NCBI GenBank assembly: GCA_016787165.1
Contig: JAEUTT010000015.1
Coordinates: forward strand, 1 to 32,786
Origin: Bacteroidia bacterium
Lineage (GTDB): Bacteria > Bacteroidota > Bacteroidia > 2-12-FULL-35-15
DNA length: 32,786 nt
Reading direction: 5' to 3'
The notes under the pieces are model-generated. The model searched no databases. It was not told the DNA's origin and saw only the letters and a program-made list of their open reading frames with translations. Made by a program: the position numbers and the translations under genes. Positions 26,906-32,786 of the stretch are shown here, one piece after another. The stretch's first letter is position 1, and each line of letters starts with the position of its first letter.

Positions 26906-29404
26906 TTATGTTTTTCTTTTTTTTGCGCCCCTTACAGCTTCTGCATTTAATGGATTTTCAGGCCAAGAATGTTTAGGGTAGCGCGAAAGCAAATCTTTAC
27001 GAACCTCAAAATAGGTTTTATTCCAAAAGCTGTTTAAATCTTGTGTTACCTGTACTGGTTTGTATCCAGGTGAAAGCAATTGTAAAAGTAGTTTTGTTTT
27101 TCCTTCATTCACAGAAGGGGTTTCGGTTAATCCAAAGAGCTCTTGTAATCGAACAGCCATTTCAGGCTTTCTACCATCGGCAAAATAATTTATTTTTATC
27201 ATGGAGCCACTCGGAACTTTTAATTTTTCAGGAGCAAGAATGTCAAGTTTTTTTGCTAATTCCCAAGGCAACATGGATATGATGATTTGATTTAAGTTTA
27301 ATTGTTGTAGCTCTGTTCTTTTATGAATGTTTAAGAGGTAGGGGCTTAGCCAACTATTAACCGTTTCAATTAATGTTTCGTTACTTACATCTGTCCAATT
27401 TTCATTTGTTCGCCACTGCTTTAAGCTTAAAATACGAGCTTGTAAATTTTCTTGTTCGTTGTTCCAGCCAAGTAATTTTAGGTCTTCTGCTTTTACGGCA
27501 TCGCAAATAATTTTAGTACGCAATTCATCTTTTATTTTTATGATGGGTTTTGATTGCAAAACAATTCCGCCTATACACTTTTCGTTGTTTGCAACAATGA
27601 TTCCTCGTTCATTATCCCAATAAATGTTCTCTTTTTCTGTTGCTAAATCTTTTAAGTCATTTATATTTAAAGGCGAAGCCATAAATACTCGCCCTTCGTT
27701 ATTTCCTGCATCCAATTGTGCAATAGCAATATATTCTTCTTGATGCAATGCATCTTGCTCTTGTAATTTTATGATTCTGCCATTTGCTAAACGATAACGT
27801 AATCCAGTTTTATCAATTCGTTTTGCAATGCGTTCAGGGTAAGCTGCTGCAATTAATTTACCAATTGCAAATACATCCGGTATTGAATTATCTAACTCTG
27901 TTTTTAATAATTTTCGCCATGCTTGCGCTAAGCGTTCAATGCGTTCTAGTATACGTTTATCAGCATTAACAAATTCTTTGTTTCTCCATTTGCGAAGTAG
28001 TTCTATGCGTAATGTAACATCTGTTCCGCTATCTTTTGGTAAAGGGTCGCGCTCCTCTAGAATGGCTGCTACATCACCTGCCAACGCAATATAATTTATG
28101 TTGGATGTTGTTTGCCAGTGTTTTGCCTCTATTAATAAATGTGCAATTCGAGGATGTGTTGGCAATTGTAATATTTCTTTTCCTCGTTTTGTAATTACAT
28201 TATTCTGGATTGCACCAAGTTCTTGTAAAAGTTCTTTTGCTTGTAACACATTGCCTTGCGGTGGTATATTCAACCACATTAGTTCATTTAAATTGTGTAT
28301 ACCCCATTCGGCAAGTTCAAGCATGAGTGTTGCCAAATCAGCTTCTAAAATTTCAGGTTTACGATTTGGTAATAAGTGAATGTGTGTTCCTTCGCTCCAT
28401 AAACGATAACATACACCGGGACCTAATCGTCCGGCACGACCAGCACGTTGGTCGGCAGCATCCTTGGTAATTTTTACAGTATCTAATTTGGTGAAGCCAC
28501 TGCGTGCATCAAATTTTGGAACACGCGAAAAGCCGCAATCAACAACCGTTGTGATGCCTTCAATGGTTAAGGATGTTTCAGCAATGGAAGTGGCCAATAC
28601 CACTTTGCGTTTATTTTGCGGATGTGGTAATATAGCTTCTTGTTGTTTTTGTGGACTTAGATCACCATACAATGGAAAAACAGAAATGGATGAATGTTCT
28701 TCCAATAATTGTTGAGTGCGTTGGATCTCTCCAGCACCCGGTAAAAATGCAAGTATATCTCCTTCTTGCTCTCTTAATGCTTTTTTGATGATGTTGGACA
28801 TGTTGATGTGCACAGGTGTTTTATCATCAACCGTTTCGTATTTTAATGTAACTGGATATTGCCTGCCTTCAGAAGTTAAGATCGTAGCGTTGTTTAGCAA
28901 GGAGGATAATTTTGCTCCATCCAATGTTGCCGACATGATCAGGATCTTTAGGTCATCGCGCAGTATTTGCTGTACCTGTAAACAAAGGGCAAGTGCAAGG
29001 TCGGCATTTAAACTACGTTCATGAAATTCATCAAAAATAACAAGGCCAACATTTTCTAATGCATTATCATTTTGTAACATGCGAGTAAGGATGCCTTCTG
29101 TTACAACTTCAATTTTTGTTTGCTTGTTAATTTTGCTTTCGAAGCGTACTCGGTATCCAACAATATTCCCAATTTCATCGTTTAGCAATGAAGCCATTCG
29201 GTTGGCAACACTTCGTGCTGCTAATCTGCGAGGCTCAAGCATGATTATTTTTTTATCTCCTAGCCAAGGCTCATTTAAAAGCTGAATAGGCAACACGGTT
29301 GATTTTCCTGCTCCAGGAGGTGCTTGTAAAATAAGTACAGGCTGTTTTTGAAGCTGTGCTTTTAATTCAGGGATAATTTCTTGTATGGGATAATCAAATT
29401 GCAT
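26906..29404 (-). CDS. hrpB: ATP-dependent RNA helicase HrpB
   Basis: APPGAGKST, EPRRLAA, DEFHER, MSAT, IAETSLTI, QRAGRAGR. HrpB C-terminal signature QVTQDLNSFW...RYPKHSWP. Confidence 0.95.
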   Translation of the reverse strand: MQFDYPIQEIIPELKAQLQKQPVLILQAPPGAGKSTVLPIQLLNEPWLGDKKIIMLEPRRLAARSVANRMASLLNDEIGNIVGYRVRFESKINKQTKIEVVTEGILTRMLQNDNALENVGLVIFDEFHERSLNADLALALCLQVQQILRDDLKILIMSATLDGAKLSSLLNNATILTSEGRQYPVTLKYETVDDKTPVHINMSNIIKKALREQEGDILAFLPGAGEIQRTQQLLEEHSSISVFPLYGDLSPQKQQEAILPHPQNKRKVVLATSIAETSLTIEGITTVVDCGFSRVPKFDARSGFTKLDTVKITKDAADQRAGRAGRLGPGVCYRLWSEGTHIHLLPNRKPEILEADLATLMLELAEWGIHNLNELMWLNIPPQGNVLQAKELLQELGAIQNNVITKRGKEILQLPTHPRIAHLLIEAKHWQTTSNINYIALAGDVAAILEERDPLPKDSGTDVTLRIELLRKWRNKEFVNADKRILERIERLAQAWRKLLKTELDNSIPDVFAIGKLIAAAYPERIAKRIDKTGLRYRLANGRIIKLQEQDALHQEEYIAIAQLDAGNNEGRVFMASPLNINDLKDLATEKENIYWDNERGIIVANNEKCIGGIVLQSKPIIKIKDELRTKIICDAVKAEDLKLLGWNNEQENLQARILSLKQWRTNENWTDVSNETLIETVNSWLSPYLLNIHKRTELQQLNLNQIIISMLPWELAKKLDILAPEKLKVPSGSMIKINYFADGRKPEMAVRLQELFGLTETPSVNEGKTKLLLQLLSPGYKPVQVTQDLNSFWNKTYFEVRKDLLSRYPKHSWPENPLNAEAVRGAKKRKT

Positions 29405-29559
29405 GAATTGTAAAAATACAGGAATAATTGCGGATAGAATATTTTTTTGTAAAAATCAAACGTTAGAAATAAGCAAGCGTTAAAATTTGGGTTGTAAAAA
29501 ATGGAAAATATTTCATATAAATCGTGTAATTGTAATAAATAAACTGAATTATAAGTGAA

Positions 29560-29618
29560 TAGTGCAATTAGTTCCTAAAGTTATGTAATAGTAGCTGTTT
29601 TTAGATGGGCTAATTTTG
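29560..29618 (+). promoter_or_regulatory. Tandem operator repeats plus -7 box upstream of the 29652 gene
   Basis: TAGTGCAA (29560), TTATGTAA (29581), TAATTTTG (29611). Same spacing as the csbD promoter. Confidence 0.55.
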
Positions 29619-29651
29619 TTGCAGAAATTTAACCTTATAAAACAAAAAAAG

Positions 29652-30089
29652 ATGAACAAAAATGTATTTAGATTCACACTTGGTATAATGCTAACAATGA
29701 TAAGTATTACAGCAAATGCACAGCAAGATAAAAAATCGGAGAAAGCTAGAAAAGATATTGCAGAAGCAAAAGAAGATCTACGTTTAGCTAAAATCGATTC
29801 TGTTGAAGATTATCAAAAATTTAGATCAGATGCCGAAGCAAAAATTTCACAAAATCAGCTTAGAATTAAGGAGTTGAAGGAGCAAAAAATGTCTGACAAC
29901 GAAGATGTTAAAGAAAAGTATCAAAAAAAGGTGTTTGTATTAGAGGAGAAAAACAATGCTTTAAAAAAGAAAATTGAGGAATCTGATAAAACTAAATCGA
30001 GTACATGGAGCTCTTTTAAAAAAGAATTTAATCATGATATGGAGCAGTTAGGAAAAGCTTTTAAAGATATTGGAATTGACAATAAATAG
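29652..30089 (+). CDS. Secreted coiled-coil hypothetical protein
   Basis: Start moved to ATG 29652 because the TTG at 29616 lies inside the -7 box. Signal peptide ANA|Q, Lys/Glu-rich helical body, C-terminal WSSFKKEFNHDM. Confidence 0.75.
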   Translation: MNKNVFRFTLGIMLTMISITANAQQDKKSEKARKDIAEAKEDLRLAKIDSVEDYQKFRSDAEAKISQNQLRIKELKEQKMSDNEDVKEKYQKKVFVLEEKNNALKKKIEESDKTKSSTWSSFKKEFNHDMEQLGKAFKDIGIDNK

Positions 30090-30090
30090 T

Positions 30091-30130
30091 AAAACAAAAA
30101 AGGAGCGACATGTCGCTCCTTTTTTGTTTT
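30091..30130. terminator. Bidirectional intrinsic terminator (perfect 40-bp palindrome)
   Basis: AAAACAAAAAAGGAGCGACA|TGTCGCTCCTTTTTTGTTTT, 1 nt after the stop at 30089. Confidence 0.8.
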
Positions 30131-30148
30131 TATAAATTATAATCTCAA

Positions 30149-30370
30149 ATGATGGAAACAATTATAATAGCAGTTTTACTTGTATTAATAGGCCTTAGCA
30201 TTATGGGGTATTGCGGATATAATAACTATAGGTTTGAAAATATAGAACAACTGAACAAGCCTAAAAGGTACTCAAAAACAAATTTACATTTTACATTTAC
30301 TCCAATTGTTGGATTGTTCATTTTTGCTTTGGGGATTTTAATGTTATTAATTGTAGCAATTGTAAAATGA
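30149..30370 (+). CDS. Small two-TM membrane protein
   Basis: 73 aa with hydrophobic helices at both ends and a polar loop. Fills the intergenic gap. The only gene here ending in TGA. Confidence 0.55.
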   Translation: MMETIIIAVLLVLIGLSIMGYCGYNNYRFENIEQLNKPKRYSKTNLHFTFTPIVGLFIFALGILMLLIVAIVK

Positions 30371-30422
30371 TATTTTATATAAGAACGTATTTGTAACGAG
30401 AATTTATGTTAAAATGTATCAA

Positions 30423-30481
30423 TTATGTAATCATTACAAATACTTGTGTAAGAGTATATCATTATTTTAGTTTCACCTTTG
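30423..30481 (+). promoter_or_regulatory. Tandem operator repeats plus -7-like box upstream of csbD
   Basis: TTATGTAA (30423), TTGTGTAA (30444), CACCTTTG (30474). Confidence 0.55.
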
Positions 30482-30519
30482 TTACGTGAAAATAATTTCA
30501 CACTTAAAACTTAATCGTT

Positions 30520-30708
30520 ATGACAAATACAACAGAATTAAAAGGTGATTGGAATCAAATGAAAGGGAAATTGAAGCAAAAATTTGCAATATTAACAGAT
30601 GATGATTTATTGTTTGCAGAAGGCAAAAAGGATGAAATGTTGGGAAAAATTCAAGTCAAAGTTGGGAAAACAAAAGCTGAGTTTGATAAAATTATTTCAG
30701 AGCTCTAG
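30520..30708 (+). CDS. csbD: CsbD/YjbJ family general stress protein
   Basis: [24 protein letters not shown]...[11 protein letters not shown] pattern. Confidence 0.9.
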   Translation: MTNTTELKGDWNQMKGKLKQKFAILTDDDLLFAEGKKDEMLGKIQVKVGKTKAEFDKIISEL

Positions 30709-30793
30709 TAAGCAATAAAAGCTAAGTATAAATCAATTTAACAACTTGTAAGTGGAATAAATTTACAAGACTAATTAATTAAAAAAAATTAAA

Positions 30794-31207
30794 ATGAAAA
30801 AAAGAATCAATAGTATTTTTGTTTTACTTCTGATAGCGCTAGTTCCAACTTTGGAGAGTTGTAAAAAATATCCAGATGGTCCATTGTTAAGTTTAAAATC
30901 AAGAGCAGAAAGGGTCGCAAATGTTTGGAAAGTTGAAAATTATAAAATCAACGGTTCCGATTATACATTTTTAGTTTCTGGATATTCTGAGACATTCTCA
31001 AAAAATGGTGGTTATGGTTATTTTTGGGGCATATTATCTGGATCAGGCAACTGGGCCTTTCAAAGTAATGACACAAAAATTAAGTTAACAGGAAATGATG
31101 ATCATTCATCTCGCACATTATTTATTCAAAAATTAGAAGAAAAATCTTTTTGGTATTATTATATGGATGGAGACGATAAGTACGAACTTCATTTAGTTCC
31201 AATGTAA
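30794..31207 (+). CDS. Lipoprotein with lipocalin-like beta domain
   Basis: Lipobox LESC then KKYPDGP. Patterns NVWKVENY, FSKNG, SGNWAF and IQKLEEK. Confidence 0.7.
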   Translation: MKKRINSIFVLLLIALVPTLESCKKYPDGPLLSLKSRAERVANVWKVENYKINGSDYTFLVSGYSETFSKNGGYGYFWGILSGSGNWAFQSNDTKIKLTGNDDHSSRTLFIQKLEEKSFWYYYMDGDDKYELHLVPM

Positions 31208-31271
31208 TTTTAATTGACTATCTATGAAAACAGAAAATGAAATTGTTAATACATAATAAGAGTATATCTGT

Positions 31272-31302
31272 AAAAAAGACCACCCAAAGGGTGGTCTTTT
31301 TT
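31272..31302. terminator. Bidirectional intrinsic terminator between convergent genes
   Basis: AAAAAAGACCACCC-AAA-GGGTGGTCTTTTTT. Confidence 0.88.
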
Positions 31303-31316
31303 GTTAAGTTTTATAA

Positions 31317-31589
31317 TTATAAAAAGTATTTTTCTTTTAAAAACTCTTTGTAATCGTCAAGGTTTGCCATTACTTGCAGTTCTTGGTACCGTTTGTGAAA
31401 TGAATCTTCTTCGGTTTGAGCATTTAAAACATTTAAACGAAAGCGATCAAAATTGGCTAATGCTTGTACTTCTTCTTTGCTTAAGTGTTTGCCATTAAAC
31501 TCTTTTTCGCGTAAATCATTAATGCTGATAGTTCCACCAATAGTAGATTTAGCAAAATGTTTTTTTAATATTTCAGCGCGATTTTCCAT
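31317..31589 (-). CDS. Hypothetical 90-aa cytoplasmic protein
   Basis: ATG start, protein-like charged composition, its own -7 box (TACCTTTG) and a downstream terminator. Confidence 0.75.
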   Translation of the reverse strand: MENRAEILKKHFAKSTIGGTISINDLREKEFNGKHLSKEEVQALANFDRFRLNVLNAQTEEDSFHKRYQELQVMANLDDYKEFLKEKYFL

Positions 31590-31601
31590 AGTTTGTGCTC
31601 A

Positions 31602-31609
31602 CAAAGGTA
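31602..31609 (-). promoter_or_regulatory. -7 promoter box for the 90-aa gene
   Basis: Minus-strand TACCTTTG (exact TAnnTTTG), 12 nt before the ATG. Confidence 0.65.
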
Positions 31610-31801
31610 AGTTAATAATGGTTTTATAACGTTTAAAACAGTAAGATGTTATAAACAAACAACTGTTAAAACCTATTTTTGGGGAGGAAAAATAGGAATT
31701 AGAACTTTTAATTTTTTGATACTCAGGCATTATTGAAAATTTACCGAGTGCTAATATCATTTGCATAATTCAAAAACAAATACAGCAATTCAAATAAATT
31801 T

Positions 31802-31848
31802 ATCAATAAAAAAATCCTACTCAATTGGAGTAGGATTTTTTTATTGAT
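31802..31848. terminator. Intrinsic terminator of the S9 peptidase gene, potentially bidirectional
   Basis: Perfect 21-bp arms ATCAATAAAAAAATCCTACTC and GAGTAGGATTTTTTTATTGAT with a 5-nt loop. Confidence 0.88.
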
Positions 31849-31855
31849 GTGTTTT

Positions 31856-32785
31856 TTATTTTAAGGTTTCGCCTAGCCATTTAAAAAATTCGCGTTGCCA
31901 TACAATAGCATCTTGGTCTTTTAAAATCCAGTGGTTTTCATTTGGAAAGAATAATAATTTGCTTTTTAATCCCAATAATTGTGCTGCTTGAAATGCACTT
32001 AATCCTTGTTCAATAGGGACGCGGTAATCTTTTTCGCCTTGAATAATCATAATAGGGGTGTCCCATTTTTTTACATGGTTAACCGGATTAAATTCATTGT
32101 AGCTTTTTTGTGCAGCAGCATTGTCTTTTTCCCAATATGCACCACCTAAATCTTGGTTTACAAAAAATAGTTCTTCGGTAGTTCCATACATACTTCTCCA
32201 ATCAAAAATTCCATCGTGAGAGATAAAACTTTTAAAACGTTTTTCATGAATTCCCGCAAGGAAAAACACAGAGTAACCTCCATAACTTGCTCCTACACAT
32301 CCCAATCGATTTTTATCTACAAAAGGCTCTTTTGAAAGTTCATCAATAGAGATTAAATAATCTTTCATGTTTAGGCCACCGTAATCACGAGAAATTTGTT
32401 CGTTCCATTTAACACCATGTCCTGGCATTCCTCTGCGGTTAGGTGCAACAACAATATAACCATTGGCTGCCATTAACTGAAAGTTCCAACGAAATGAATA
32501 AAATTGTGTAAGTGGTGATTGTGGTCCGCCTTGGCAATACAGTAGTGTTGGATATTTTTTTGTTGCATCAAAATTAGGCGGGTAAATTACCCAAACAAGC
32601 ATTTTTTCGCCATCAGCAGCTGTTACATAACGTCTTTCAATTTTACTTAATGTAATTGATGAATAAAATGCATCATTCACATGCGATAATTGTTTTCTTG
32701 TTCCTGTTTTTAAATCTAATGAATAAATTTCGGGAGCGTGATTCATGTCAGTACATTCTACAATCATAGTATTACCAACTTGTGC
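31856..32785 (-). CDS. S9 family serine peptidase (dipeptidyl-peptidase 5-like), 5'-truncated by window edge
   Basis: CQGGPQ, GASYGG (nucleophile Ser), QGEKDYRV (Asp) and ENHW (His). Frame is open to the window end. Confidence 0.92.
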   Translation of the reverse strand, partial: AQVGNTMIVECTDMNHAPEIYSLDLKTGTRKQLSHVNDAFYSSITLSKIERRYVTAADGEKMLVWVIYPPNFDATKKYPTLLYCQGGPQSPLTQFYSFRWNFQLMAANGYIVVAPNRRGMPGHGVKWNEQISRDYGGLNMKDYLISIDELSKEPFVDKNRLGCVGASYGGYSVFFLAGIHEKRFKSFISHDGIFDWRSMYGTTEELFFVNQDLGGAYWEKDNAAAQKSYNEFNPVNHVKKWDTPIMIIQGEKDYRVPIEQGLSAFQAAQLLGLKSKLLFFPNENHWILKDQDAIVWQREFFKWLGETLK

Positions 32786-32786
32786 A

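Noticed and set aside
27043-29285. Series of plus-strand ORFs opposite hrpB, and similar short ORFs opposite or within icmF, ALDH, tcdA, AIM24, tatD, MBOAT, M42, DUF885 and M16
   Set aside because: They are antisense or alternate-frame shadows of well-supported genes, with no recognisable motifs.
29616-29651. TTG start for the 157-aa ORF
   Set aside because: The TTG is part of the -7 promoter box. ATG 29652 gives a normal signal peptide.
30745-30769. 9-bp hairpin CTTGTAAGT/ATTTACAAG between csbD and the lipoprotein gene
   Set aside because: Weak AT-rich stem without a U-tail. At most an mRNA stability hairpin.
31301-31498. 65-aa plus-strand ORF
   Set aside because: It starts inside a terminator and is antisense to the better-supported 90-aa gene.
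1-32786. CRISPR array, tRNA/rRNA, integrase/transposase, prophage, toxin-antitoxin or defence system
   Set aside because: No regularly spaced repeats, RNA gene signatures or matching protein motifs were seen. All intergenic gaps are under about 270 bp.

Overview
AT-rich chromosomal window (about one-third GC by eye) from a Bacteroidota bacterium. Phylum evidence: TAnnTTTG promoter boxes, A-rich leaders without Shine-Dalgarno (SD) sequences, a type IX secretion (T9SS) C-terminal domain, and Gln directly after signal peptides. It holds 32 plausible CDSs: rfbA/SDR epimerase/polyprenyl synthase, a T9SS cargo protein, icmF, AIM24, tatD-tcdA-GNAT, frameshifted prfB plus arsC, copZ-ALDH, an MBOAT/SGNH-like acylation pair, two outer-membrane barrels, ctaA, an M16-M16-DUF885-M42 peptidase run, hrpB, a small csbD-containing cluster and a partial S9 peptidase. 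I found no CRISPR, tRNA, rRNA, transposase, phage or defence genes, and I cannot claim a clear-cut new system. The best candidates for something undescribed are non-coding. (1) Two genes of the csbD cluster share a promoter architecture: two 8-bp repeats 21 bp apart, the second exactly 30 bp before the -7 box. (2) A nested palindromic mini-element supplies the last codons and stop of tatD, and its inner 20-mer recurs at the predicted icmF transcription start. (3) prfB appears leaderless yet carries an internal SD-dependent +1 frameshift. All family calls come from motif recognition by eye, not database searches.
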